Position numbers and translations under genes: made by a program. Source: Amoebidium appalachense (Eukaryota; Protista; Ichthyosporea). From it: a stretch of 64,000 nt of DNA. Under the pieces are notes generated by a model that ran no database searches, was not told the DNA's origin, and saw only the letters and a program-made list of their open reading frames with translations. The first letter of the stretch is position 1. Every line of letters begins with the position of its first letter. Below, one piece after another: positions 24,080-37,327 of the stretch. Location: NCBI GenBank assembly GCA_963693365.1, contig CAVNZM010000014.1, positions 124,001-188,000 on the forward strand, given 5' to 3'.

Positions 24080-25736
24080 CACCGACAAAAGTTTCCCGTT
24101 GTGCACAGTAGTAGTTTTTTCACAGATCCCAACATCCTTGAAACATCGAATGGGCGAGGGGAGTATATGCTTCACAGAGTCATGATGAAATACATATTCA
24201 CGACCGACAACACAGTGCAACTTTATTTATCATAAGTTATTGGGGGGGGGGGGGGGAGACGGGTTATAAAAGAGAGAGAGAGAGAGAGAAGAAAGAGTGA
24301 GAGACACACACGACTGCACTTACCGAGCAGGAGCACACCGGCATCATACTTTCTCTTCTTCTCTGTGATGGTGAAGGCCACACCACTAGAGTCCCTATGC
24401 CCCGCCACATTGCCCGGGTTATCGTAGTGGATCTGCATCACAAAATGTCTGCTGCCCTCATCTCCACCCACCGGGTACCCAACATCGGGCGGAAGCACAA
24501 ACGAGTCCCCCCCCTGTGCAAACGCAAACACATACGCCTCACACCCCTTAACAGAGGCAGGGCATTTCTTGGGGCCATCTGTGTAGTTTGCGTAGTTCGT
24601 AGCGGTGAGGTTGTTAATGCACTTGTGTAGAACCACGTGGTGTACACGTGGCACGTTGGCAACCAGCGACCGCGGATCAACCACAGGATGGAAGGAAATG
24701 ATGTGGTAGCTGTTTTTGCCCGGGAGCACATCGTTCATGTCATACGACGTGCACACATACGAGGTCGTGTTGGTGGGCACCTCGTAGTCGCTAAACGTAA
24801 AGTTGAGCTTCTTCGTCTCCCCATCATCCGTCAATGTCGCACTGCGCGCACCCGGCGTGTTTGCGTAAAATGTTATCTCAGAACCCCCCCTGTTCTTGCC
24901 GTGGTAGCTAAGAGCCCCCCCACTACCCGCAGCCCAAACCACTCTGTTCGGGCCGGCCCGAATAGCCCTGTCCTGTGAGGTATCTCCCGTGTCTAGGGCC
25001 CTCTTGAGGGCAAAATTGATCATCCCATCAGCCGTCTGTTCGGCGGAAATAAGTTCCAGGTTCTGGCAGGTGTCGGCGTCGGGATAGACCTTGGCTAGTG
25101 CGTGTCTGGGGGATAGGGACGGGTGTAAGTATGTATAGGATTGAGGATGTGAGTATGTATAGGGCTAGGAGTGTAGTTCTTCTGACTTGTGCGAGTGCGG
25201 GTGTGCTGTGTGCCTGTTCTCGTCCTGGTTCAGTGTGTGTGTCTGTGTGGATCTCCAGTGCTAACACTTTAGAAACTGCACACCGTAATTGTTGCCCTAC
25301 TACAGGACGCGCAAACATGAAACACATGTTCACAGGCTCCTGCATACTGGGCGGTCAACACAACCCCACCTACCCACACATGCAGCCCTTCATGGCAGCC
25401 CTTCATGCACTCCCACCCTCCCCTCACACTTCACGTCCTACGACACAGCACGTGCACACACCTGTCCACAAGTGTTGCCTTTCCATCAGCCCCGAACTCC
25501 ACACTCCATATGTCGCTTCCCAGCATGCTGCCACTAGTGTACTCGGCTATCCCAAAGGCCAGCCAGCCCTTAGCCTTACAGCTCATAGCCAGCTCTATGC
25601 TGGTGGTGTTGGTGATGTTCCAGGCCACCGTGCAGTTAGGTTCCAGCTCATGTTTTGATGTGTAGGAGGACAGGGAAAAGTTGCCAGCTTGGGCGAGCCC
25701 AAACAGGGCCACAAGGCCCATACTAAGCAGAAGCAT
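21978..25736 (-). CDS. DOMON + copper type II ascorbate-dependent monooxygenase (DBH/MOXD1-like), secreted, probable GPI anchor or C-terminal TM
   Basis: Exons 25462-25736, 24324-25105, 23660-23796, 21978-22556. Features: signal peptide MLLLSMGLVALFGLAQA, DOMON motifs (GWLAFG, GSMLGSDI, RALDTGD, SYHG), copper ligands VHHVVLH, QIHYDNP, AHMH and EEMC, and hydrophobic tail VAMWVVAMVTCLVSYW*. The exon 3 acceptor reads CG rather than AG (see findings). Confidence 0.92.
22845..22941 (-). mobile_element. 5'-truncated copy of the same repeat (subfamily 2-type tail), in tandem with the full copy
   Basis: The minus strand reads GGCTCTGCTTATGACGCATACTCTTTATGTATGG...GTACTTCGTAC...GCATTCAAAA, separated from the full copy by a C-run. 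Confidence 0.85.
22967..23242 (-). mobile_element. Full-length copy of ~270-nt intronic structured repeat (subfamily 1)
   Basis: Reverse-complement match to 58535-58810. Lies in monooxygenase intron 3, sense to the host. Confidence 0.9.
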
Positions 25737-28340
25737 GGTTGAGGCTGTATGGCACTAGGAGTATAGGTTGCTGGGCAGGAAAATAAACTTGTCACAAAAC
25801 GTTCCCTTGTTGTGACTACAACCTATCTGCAATTTTGCAGTATGGAAGACAATGATGCAGCATGTGCCGTTGTGATCACACCAATGATCATGAGGGGGTC
25901 GTGCCAAGAGGGGGGTTTATTTTATGCGTGGAAATCAAGGCCTCCTAAATAGCACACCATTTGGTGGAAATACATCTTAGCTCGTGCAGGCGCACGATAA
26001 AGATCATTAGATCGGAATGTAAGGAATGTGGCATCGTGGGGGGGCCTGGTGATGATGATCTTTGGGGGCACGGCCTTGATGGCCGCAGGTGTGACTTAGC
26101 TTGGTTCCATTCGGATCTCAGGTTGCCCGTCGGAGTCAGGCTTAGTAATAAACATTGTAGTTTTCTCGAACACGTTCGTTCCTTTCCGTGTGTGTTCACT
26201 TAGAAGAGTGCCGCGTCTCTTATTACACACATGTTAGGATACGACAGTTTGTATACCACAGGGAATATCCCGTCTGCGTGACACTGTGTGTGTGTGTGTG
26301 TGTGTGTGTATTTTTTGTTGATACGCGTGAGATATGAATATGTTAATATTCCAACAAAATTTTGACCGGGGAATATCTTTATCTTGTCGAGCTCTATCGA
26401 TAGACACCTTTTCCACCCGCGTACCATTTCAATAGCGATTGGGGTAAGCGATCGAAAGTCATGATTGCCAAGACAGGTGTATAGACCAGTATAGACCCGG
26501 TGCATCATACATACATGTGCGAGTTGGTGCGCGATCTGCGCGATCGCCGATATCGATCGGTGAGTAACAAGTTCAACAGAAGCGATCTGTGCAGGTGACC
26601 AATCAAACCGTGTTCTGCAACGCTCAAACATTAGCCAATGGGGGCACAGTCTCGCACATACCAGCACGACCCTTAAGCCTTTTGACTGGCTACGAAGTCA
26701 CAGACTCGGAACCCCCAAGAACCTGTTGTGGAATGTTACTACTATAGGCTATATGGGTGTCACTTAATCCACCAGGGAAGCCATTGTGTGTAGAACGCTC
26801 TCGGACGGCAATTTTAGATGTGCCTCATTTCCAAATGTGCATAATCTTTTAATGCAGAAAAGGTATCGCTTGTTTGATGTAGATTTTTGACTTTCAATGG
26901 TACGTATGACAGCGGGCAGTCGATCGCGCGCGATTGCACGAGCTCGATCATTCCGATTTTTTTTTCCCGATCTATATGAATTTCACACAGTGTTCAGGTA
27001 TCTCAGTATGCACTTGCTATTGGATAACTAGTGAAGCTTGTTTTTTTTCATTGCCTTATAATTATGGCGTTCACACTTACATCTCTCTCCGTTAACGTTG
27101 AATAAAATCCAGTTAAAAGAAAAATATCCGAAAATCTTAAGCCCCCTTGAGTATTGGGTGACTCTAGACTCATAGATCAAAAGCCTCAACAGGAACTCAC
27201 AACAAAGCCATATACATTGACTACCTCCTCAGCCTATATTCCTCTTACATTACGCCTCTTTGTATTCATTAGCAAGCAAAATAATCACTTTATTTTTACT
27301 TTTTTTACAACGGGGTCACGGAGACGCAGATACCGAGCCATCCAATCAAAGTACTCCCGAATCGGACGAGTGATACCATTGGCCGAGCTCACGATCTTGC
27401 CATGACATCAGAGATAGCCTATATACTTTAAATAAACAATAGTGTAAATAAACAATGCGAAAATGCTTTTCTTGTTTCAAACTCTGATACTTCAGGAAAC
27501 AAAACCGCGGGACCGGTTCTACATAGCAATACATATAGTTTATATTATATGTAGGTAAGCATTGTGTACTGTACTGTACTGCCGGCCATACATGTACATA
27601 TGCAAATGGGCGACATCGATGATTCGCCATAAAAGACACCCTTTTTCAATTTGTCACTCAGAGGATGAATTATTGCCAAGTCTATCGGCTCACACTAATA
27701 TAAAGATCTTTGTCTCTCCCCTCTCCCTTCCCGTAGTGGCACCGCAGAGTCTAAGTCTACATTTCATACTACCTCCCCCCCCTCCCCCCCCTCTACTCTT
27801 TCCTGTACTACAATACATATATACGTACATTTGGCAGACAGGACTATCTGAACTTGCCAATATTTACAAGGGCCGAACTTATTGCATTCCAAAGTCCTCC
27901 TAAGATCTATCATATACACTATTTCTAAGTCTATTGGTCGGCTGCTCCAGGCTGACGTGGTCCTGAGAGACAAGATGCCCGCAGCTGTACAGTTGATCTT
28001 GAGGCCCCGGACTTGATCTTGATGACCTGTGGACCCGGGCCAACCCCCCCCCCCCCCCCCCCCCCCCCCCCGCGATCTTGATCTTCGACTTAGGATGATC
28101 TGCTGAGACGGATTGGTATATGTCAACTCCCCCCCCCCGGCCCCCGAAAAAGCTGATTTCCACCTCAGTCACATTACACCTAACACCCCCTAAAAAGACA
28201 TAGACTAATCTGTCTCCAAAAAAAAAAAAAAATTTACGAAGAAAATAATAAAGTAATCTACACCATAAGCTTGATATTTACGGAGACATCTATGATATTA
28301 AATTAAAGTCCTACGACTACGTTCACATTCCTCCTCGGTA

Positions 28341-28393
<53 letters not shown>

Positions 28394-28646
28394 CCCCGTG
28401 TGTCTACGTGTATTTGCATCACTCCCCCCCCCCGGCCCCCTCCCTTGTGTGTACATGTGTACATGTGCACTAGTGTCAGTCACGGTGTGTCAAGCTCCCC
28501 GCTTGGAACCGGATCGGAGGGTGGTCACTCGCAAGGCTATGAAAGAGGTAGTAGTAATCCACAGGAGGGGATCTCGAGGAGGGGAAAAGGGGGAGGGGGT
28601 GCACAGGGGGGAGGGGGGAGAGAGAGGGAGTTAGGGGGTAGGGGTT

Positions 28647-28687
<41 letters not shown>

Positions 28688-28729
28688 GAGGGGGGGGAGG
28701 GGGGGGGGAGAGGACCACCACCACCCGCT

Positions 28730-28761
<32 letters not shown>

Positions 28762-29131
28762 CCACCAAAATATCATAATCTATTTTGGATATCAAAAGTA
28801 TGGTGTTGGCACCTTCGATGTGTCCACAAGTCAGTATCCGGTTGAATGATCAGGCTCAGTGACCTGCTTACATATGTATATACTGGCTAAGAAGGCCTCC
28901 CATAGCACTCCATATCATGGGACGCCCTGCCCCCCCTCTTCCCCCCGGCCCTCCCCGCCCCCCCCCCCCCCCCCCCCCCCCCTCCCCCCCCTCCCCCCCC
29001 CCTCCTCCCCCCCCCCCCCCCCCTCAACCCCTCCTGGTACTCCTCCCCATGGCCATTGTCCATCTTTCGTAGACCTCAAATTTTCATTCTCACACTACCT
29101 CCCTCAACCCCTTTCCAACCGGTCGCAAGTA

Positions 29132-29606
29132 GGGGCCAGCCTCATCGGCAGAATCAACTTGGTTTGAGCAGAATCTAATTCACTTCTGTTTAAAGTTTTG
29201 AGTTATCATCTAAAAGTATATAAACAGTTTAATCTTTAAAAGAGCTCGATTATTTTGCTCCGAGTAAAATTGTTCTGCTATGAGAAGAATCAAACAGTTA
29301 AGCAAAATCAATATCCTACTTCAGCAGCAGAGTTTTTCACAAAAAGCAATGTGCATGATTCTGCTCACGACAACAGGACTTGGCAACACAGGTCTTCTTT
29401 TTTAAAGGATTATCCCGCCAGAACAATTCTACTTTTAATCGATGATATCCCGCCTTTTGCAGAATAGTTCTGCTTCTATTAAATTCATTGAAAAGAATCA
29501 ACTTGCTTCAAGCAGAATATTCAAGGCTGCTTCCAGAAGATTTATACTTCTTTTCAAACTGAAATTAGAATTCGAAGCAAGTCACTCTGCTGATGTGATT
29601 GGGCCC
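29132..29606. mobile_element. Degenerate MITE-like element with imperfect GGGCC-starting TIRs
   Basis: Left end GGGCCAGCCTCATCGGCAGAATCAACTTGGTTTGA; reverse complement of the right end GGGCCCAATCACATCAGCAGAGTGACTTGCTTCGA. The AT-rich interior carries repeated GCAGAAT motifs. No clean TSD. Confidence 0.5.
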
Positions 29607-29750
29607 GGTAAGTGTCACGAGTCGACTATTGTGAGCGCATACCGTAATTCCAACTGAACCACCACTACACCACGTTGGATTCATGATTCATTCACCGTTA
29701 CACGCGTGCGCACACCCGCACACACACACACACGCACGGTGCTCGTGCGG

Positions 29751-29839
<89 letters not shown>

Positions 29840-29863
29840 AAAAAATGATGCCCTCCCCCCCCC

Positions 29864-29894
<31 letters not shown>

Positions 29895-31292
29895 ACACAC
29901 TAAGCAGATAGCCAAAGATATCCAGGACTCCTGAAAACAGACCCATAATACTTGTACCTCTGCCACAACGTTCACACTCACACACCACTAAGCAAACAGC
30001 CGTGCCGAATGTACATAGCACACACATGTACATGCAGGCAAACAGTAACCCCCTTATTCACACACACACACGCCGACTTGAACATGGCACAGAATTTGCA
30101 GACACACACACACACATGTTACATGTTGTCCATGATATCTCTGCTACAATGCAGCCCTAATTAAAACTTAGGGAATAGTTAACTGTTCGTCGTAGTGGTG
30201 GGGTGGTTGGTTGGTTGATTGGTTGCCGGGGGGGGGGGGGGGGGGGGGGGGGGGGAGGGGAGGGGGGAGCCTCCGCGGGAGATTTGCCAGCCGTGGTCAA
30301 CGGAGCCGTCGGACCCCCAAAGGGGAGGGGGGGGGGGGGACCGGAGGACCCACCACCCCCTCGAGCAGGTGGCCATGGATCCCCTCTCGAGCCCCCCCCC
30401 CCCCCCCCCACCCCCCCACAGGCATTGTGGAAGAGGCGGGACCACCACAGGAACATGGGAGACCTTAAAATTTTTATCAGTACCCCCCCCCCCCCCCCCC
30501 CCCCCCCCATTTTCCTTTTTTAAAAAGCCTAACGGGGAGAAGGTGGAGGGAGGGGGGGCTGAGAGAAACACGGAGAGGAGTCGGAAGGGCCTGGGGGGGG
30601 GGGGGGGGGGGGGGGAAGAAATCGAAGTGTTTGCACGAAATTTCCCGGTCAAAGTTGATGAGCTTAAATCTACTGCAGGCTTGCAAAGGTGTTTTTCCAT
30701 CAACTTTGGATGGTTGACGGTGCTATGTACTTGTAAGTCACATTCTTACACGACGAGGAAACATATATGGTTGACTGCAAGAGGGATGCATATGGCACAT
30801 GTACATGTGTTGAGCACGTACACAAATTTTCAAATCCCCCCCGGGCCCCCTCCCCCCCCCTCCCCCCCACGCCCCCCCCCCCCCCCCCCCCCCCTTCTTC
30901 CGGCCCCCGGGCACCCCCCCCCCCACCCAAGTACCCCTTCCCATCCCGGGCTAGATCTTCCCCCTCCCCCCTCCCCCCCCTCCCCCCTCTTAACCCCCCT
31001 CCCCCTCAACACACACACACACACGGGCCCTACTCAATCAATTTTGTACAGAACTCATGTCAATGTGTGCTTCGTCGCTGCTAGCTGACAAGTTGTTCCA
31101 CCGGCCCGTCATGGTAGTGTTGAAAGAAACGTTATAAGCAAAAACTGAACGTTGCAAACCCACTCAGTCAGAATAACCGCTAGTGGAACATATCGTGGAT
31201 AGTGGAATGATCGTGGACACTCCTACACCCTAGAATACCCCTGCAAAACGAATTTCGAGGCTCGGAAAAGTTAACTGTGAAAATATATTATC

Positions 31293-31682
31293 ATGACTTT
31301 ATTGATATGCTCAGCAAAATAGAAGCCATCGAGATATCATCGATATCTCGGAGAAGAAAAATACAAAAGCCCTCACTCTCGGATACGGAGGAGATAACGA
31401 CTTAAATAATCATACACCTTAGAAAACTCATCAAACATACCGTGGTTCAACAGATATTCAATAGACGTAATTATCAGGATTATCTAAATAAGCCAGTCTT
31501 CTGATTTCTAACGGAATAATCTGAGATAAATAAATACATCTATCTAAGTTTTTACGAGAAAAAGGTTCTGCACAAAAGTGGCACAAACATTTATGGATAA
31601 TGACTTTATTGATATGCTCAGCAAAATAGAAGACATCGAGATATCACCGATATCTCGGAGAGGAAAATACAAAAGCCCTCAC
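31293..31682 (+). repeat. 84-bp direct repeat pair (31293-31376, 31600-31682), each with an internal palindrome
   Basis: ATGACTTTATTGATATGCTCAGCAAAATAGAAG.CATCGAGATATCA.CGATATCTCGGAGA.GAAAA..TACAAAAGCCCTCAC occurs twice. Confidence 0.9.
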
Positions 31683-31693
31683 AGGATTTCGGG

Positions 31694-31747
<54 letters not shown>

Positions 31748-31915
31748 GGAGGGGAGTAGAGAACTGTTTCTGTAGATTAAGTTGAAAGGCGGGAGTGGGT
31801 AGGTGGGTGGTACTGTAGATCATGGTGGATTTGTGGCTTGTGCGTGTGTATGTGTGTTAGCTCATGCAAGGGTGAAGGTGGGTGTCTCTCTCTGTGTGTG
31901 TGCGAGGGTGTGTGT

Positions 31916-31984
<69 letters not shown>

Positions 31985-32295
31985 GGCAGGGAAAAGGGCC
32001 CGGTGGGTGGGAGAAGTGATGTAGGGTAGTGTAGGCGTCACCTACCTCAAAAACATAAAATTACTCGATTAATTTTCAGTACGAATCACACGGATTAATC
32101 TTATTTATACTCATACCTGTACTACTTGTAAGTTGTGGGCTTGTGGCACGGGGGAGAGGGCAATCTATATAAAGTCACATGAGTATTAATAGTATAATAT
32201 AAAATCATGATATGCACACTCGTTCGAACATGCCCCGGTGTGTGAGTGTGTGCGTGCGTACGTGCGTGCGTGTGTGCGTGTGTGTGTGCGCGCGC

Positions 32296-32331
<36 letters not shown>

Positions 32332-32587
32332 ACGTTACATGTGTGGGCGTTGATTTTTTTTTTTTTATTTTTTTTTGGGGGGGGGGGGGGGGGGGCTCGA
32401 GGGGGCCAGGGAGGAATGCTTATCAGATAGATCAGGGGTGGTGCGTTCGCGTTTGTACCATATATAGGAAAATAAAAGCGCGTATGATTGGATTAGAGTT
32501 GATTAGCCTCGATATGGCTATAAAGCTAGCCTGTTCATTGGGTAAATGTTCTAATTGGAGACCTTGTCCCTCGTGCTACTCAATTTA

Positions 32588-32959
32588 TTGAGCCGCTTTG
32601 CGTGGATCTAGATATCTAAATATCTAGATTGTTAAATTTACTTATAAAATTGTTGCAATCCAATCAATCTGTTAAATGTTTGAAGCTTGCATAAACTTTA
32701 GATTGATTTCGATCATGGGCGCATCTGGAAGAGGGGGTGGGGGGGGACTTCTAGATGTCTGGGATGAGACGATTGGTTCTTGGAACTCGCCTATATATCT
32801 CTTATCCAATAGAATTGCGATCAATCATCTAGATAATTAGTTTCTAAACTGCTCTACACGAATCGAGCAGACTTTTAGATATTTAGAGAACGACATTCGT
32901 TTTCTAAATTCTAAATTCGCCAAGTATTTAGATATTTAGATTCACGCGAAGCGGCTCAA
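32588..32959. mobile_element. MITE with ~35-bp terminal inverted repeats and TA flanks (Tc1/mariner-like)
   Basis: Left end TA|TTGAGCCGCTTTGCGTGGATCTAGATATCTAAATA; reverse complement of the right end TA|TTGAGCCGCTTCGCGTGAATCTAAATATCTAAATA (3 mismatches). The interior is AT-rich and non-coding. Confidence 0.8.
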
Positions 32960-33053
32960 TATTCGAACAAAGGAAAACTCAAGCGCAGTGGAGTGTGGAG
33001 GCAGTTATTCAGTGTGCTTGTGCCTGTGTGCAGGGACACGCCCTAGCAGGAAG

Positions 33054-33234
33054 ATGGTGTTTCTGGCTACCTTCGCTCGCCCCGCGAGGCAGCTGTCTAC
33101 CGCCGTGTTTGGCCAGGTGAGGAATGTTGAACATGCTCTTCGTGAATGCGTTTGGTGCGAGGGGCGTGTGCACACAGGCGTGGATGCGTGTTGGCGTCTA
33201 TGCACGCCGCATGTGTGCGTGTGTGCGTGCATGT

Positions 33235-33331
<97 letters not shown>

Positions 33332-35310
33332 GGCAGGTCTTCGTGCGTGTGAGAGAGTGTTTTTTTGTGTGTGTGCTGCTCTGCGTGTGTACGTATGTGT
33401 GTGCGTCGGTTAGGATGTCCTTGGTGTGTTTGTGAGTGCCTGCGTGCGCGCATGGGTGCATGGTGCGTACTTGATTGTTTTGATTGTGTGCACGCGTGTG
33501 TGCGTGCGTCAATATGCGTGCTTCATTATGATTATGTTTGTACCGATGGTTGCCTCTGTTTGCGTGAGCTGGGCAGTGGCCCAAGAAGACGGACTGAGGA
33601 AAAGTGCATTGGGTGACCAACGGAATAGACGGCAATGGCTGCCTTGCAGCATGGCGGCGTGTGTCGTGCTAACGAGTGACACTTTGCCCATGTTTAGTAC
33701 ACATGTCTTTGCTCACAACCCTCCCCCCCTCCCCTCCCCACCCACCCTCCCTCCCCCCACCCCCCCCCCCTCTCGTGTGCAGGCAGCAAAGTCCTTCCAC
33801 AGTGCGCCGGTACGGTTTGCTGCACCCCTGACTGTCCCCTTCACGTACGAGCGCTATCCAGAGGTCAAGAGGGGCAACTACAAGAAGGTAAACAGCACGG
33901 CCTCAAGTTGTGCGAATGCAGCTTGCCCATCACCCCTAGACAGTCGAGCCAATGTGGGCATGTGGGTGTCTCTCTGGTGCATGTGGCAGTGAATAATTCT
34001 CGGTCTCTCTGGGCCAACCTCTTACGCTTACCCCCCCCCCCCCCCTCCCCCCCCCCCTCCTTCCCCTCCTCCTCCCCTACAGCTCGACGATGCAGACGTG
34101 AGCTTCTTCAAGAGCATCATGGACCCCAGCAGGGTGGAGACGGACGAGCACGTGGGTCTCCCCAGAGATACACACACCCAGGCACATGCAGAGACAGGCA
34201 CACACACAGGCACAGACAGGCACACACACAGGCACAGACAGACACACACACAGGCACAGGGACAGAGAGGCACACACATACAGGCGCAGACAAGCGTGCA
34301 CGCACACACACACAGGCACATGCACAGACAGACATATACACACAGGCACGGGCACAGACAGGCACACACACACAGGCGCAGGCACTAATAGGCACACACA
34401 CAGGCACAGGCAGACATGCACACAGGCACATGCACAGACAGGCACCCACACACAGGCACAGGCTCAGACAGGCACAGACACACAGGGACTGACAAAGGCA
34501 TAGATATACAATATGCACACACAGACACACATGGGCGCGAACACACACACACACGCACGCACACGCACACGCACACGCACACACACACACAGTGTCCTGA
34601 ACACAAAGACCAAACACCTGGTTGCACAGTCACATCCAAAGAGCAGTGTCACAACAAGCCTTCACGCACATATAGCACGTACACCCACATGCACACCTGC
34701 ATGGGTGAGCGCGGGACACCCAGGCACACGGACACAGTTTAATACACACGTGTGCTGCCCCCCCCCCCCCCCCCCCCCCTCCCCCCCTCCCCCCTTCCCC
34801 CCTCTCTTCCCCCATCCTCACCACTTCATGCCTCCGCACACAGACACGGCGTCTTGCACGCACACAGTTTTTAGGCAGTCTTGTCTTATACCCGTTCTTG
34901 CTTCTGGTGTTCGAAAAGACTATTGCCCATTTACAAGCCGGGGGAGAGGGGGTGGGGGGGAGAGGCTTGCCCCCAGCACCACCCAACCTCCTCTCTTTTT
35001 ACATGCGCTCCCTCCCCTTTTCCCTACTCAATGCCCACCCTCTCTCCCCGCTCCGTGCCAGCCACCCCCCCCCCCCCCCCCCCTCCTCCTCCCAGTTCCT
35101 TCCCCCGTTCCACTAAAATCTCCCCTCCCCCCTCCCCCCTTCCCAGGCTGTGAGTGCCTACAACATGGATTGGTTGCGCAAGTACCGAGGCAACAGCAAA
35201 CTTGTGCTGAAACCAAAAACCACAGAGGAGGTCTCCCAGATCCTCAAGTACTGCAACGAGAAGAGGTGCGAGGAATTGCTATCATAACCCTAACCACCCA
35301 CCACCACCGC

Positions 35311-35347
<37 letters not shown>

Positions 35348-35362
35348 TTCCTCTTTTTGTCT

Positions 35363-35398
<36 letters not shown>

Positions 35399-36427
35399 TT
35401 TGAGGATGGGCTCTGCTTATAATGCATGCTCCTTGTGGTTTGCTCTCTGCATTATGCTGCGCATTATGAAGAATTCGTTCTCTATAACACATCCCCTCCC
35501 TCCCCCCCCTACGGGCACACTTTATCTCCCGAAAGGGAGCAAGGGGTAAGTGTTAAAGACACACTAGTTGAAATTGCTTTTTGGTTCACGGACGTGTGTG
35601 TGTGTCCGAGTGTCTTCCTGGCCCTTGGCTGGGTATGTTTGGTGTTTGGTGGTGGTGTCGGGTGGGCAGACTCGCGGACATGCAGATGCTTTGTGTGGGA
35701 AAGGTGGGTGGGTGGGTGGGAAAGGGGCGAAGGGGGGGGGGGGGGGGGGGGGAGAGGGTGGGAGAATGAGGGGGGTGGGTGGGTGGGTGGGAGAGGGGAA
35801 AAGGCGGGGTGAGGGGGTAGGGGGAGGGGGGAGAATTATCATGCTTGAGGCGTAGGGTTGCATTTTTTTTGTTTGTTGTTTTGTTTCGTTTGTGGTGGTG
35901 GTGGTGGTGTGTGTGTGTGTGTGTGTGTGTGTGCGTTTTGGGGGGGGGAGGGGGGGGGGGGGAGCAGAGACAGAAGGGCAGGTGAGTGTGTGTGTGCATG
36001 GCGGCAGGGAGGGGTTGCATCTGATTGGTGGGGTCTCTATCAGCCTGGCAGTGGTTCCTCAGGGCGGCAACACCGGTCTGGTCGGTGAGGCATCTTCCTC
36101 CCTTCCCCCCCAGTTCCTATCTATATTTTTCTTGCTTCTGCTTACTGCTGCAACTTTAACCCCCGGCCTTTCCCACTGCCCTTGCCTGCATAAGCAACCC
36201 TGCTCGTCTCTGATCAAGACGGGTGACCTACTCATGTTCAAGTGAAACAGTATCTGAGTTGGGTTTCGTTAACGAGGGGAATAGGTCGAAACTCGGGTAC
36301 TGTGGATGACGTGGGCCCCCCCTGAGGATGGGCTCTGCTTATTATGCATCCTCTTTATGTATGGCTTGCATTCTGCATCGTGTTATCCGTTTGTTCTTGT
36401 GTACTTCGTACTTTTTGACGCATTCAA

Positions 36428-36464
<37 letters not shown>

Positions 36465-36644
36465 AGAGTGCACTGCAGCCCACCCCCTCCTTCCTCCCCT
36501 CTCCGCCCCTGCACGTTCACACACAGATTGACTGTGTGTTTTTCAGGGGGCAGTGTGCCTGTATTTGATGAGATCGTGCTCTCCATGGGGCTCATGAATA
36601 AGATTCTGCATCTGGACGAGGTTTCAGGTATCACACATCGCACA

Positions 36645-36690
<46 letters not shown>

Positions 36691-36743
36691 AAAAAAAAAA
36701 AAAAAATTCTCATCGTGCCTTTGCAAGAGGGGGTGTCCAGGCC

Positions 36744-36781
<38 letters not shown>

Positions 36782-37069
36782 GCGCCAAAACACCTGTGGC
36801 ACCAAAGGCTGCCTCGTTCGTGTTCAAGCATCTTAAGGTGTGGGCCTATACTTTCTCGATGGGCCTATGTATGGGCCTATATTTTCTCGATGGGCGCATG
36901 TATGGTGTAGTTGTGTGCATGGGAGCTGGGGATAGGACAGGTTTGAGCGGGTAGTGTGTGTGGGTGTTGGTTGCAGAAACAGAAGGAATGCGATCTGTTG
37001 AAGGGGATCACAAAGGGGAGATAGAAAAAGGGCCCCGTGTGTGTGCGCACGTGTGTGTGTTGCCTCGGT

Positions 37070-37118
<49 letters not shown>

Positions 37119-37255
37119 GGGGGGGGGCCGTTAGGCGCATGTTGGATGGGGCATTGGGGTGTGAATTGGTGTGAGTGGGTGGGTGGTGGACGGGGGGGGG
37201 GGGGGGGGGAGGTAGAGAGAGAGAATGGTTTGTGTGTGTGTGTGTTCGTGTGTGT

Positions 37256-37327
<72 letters not shown>

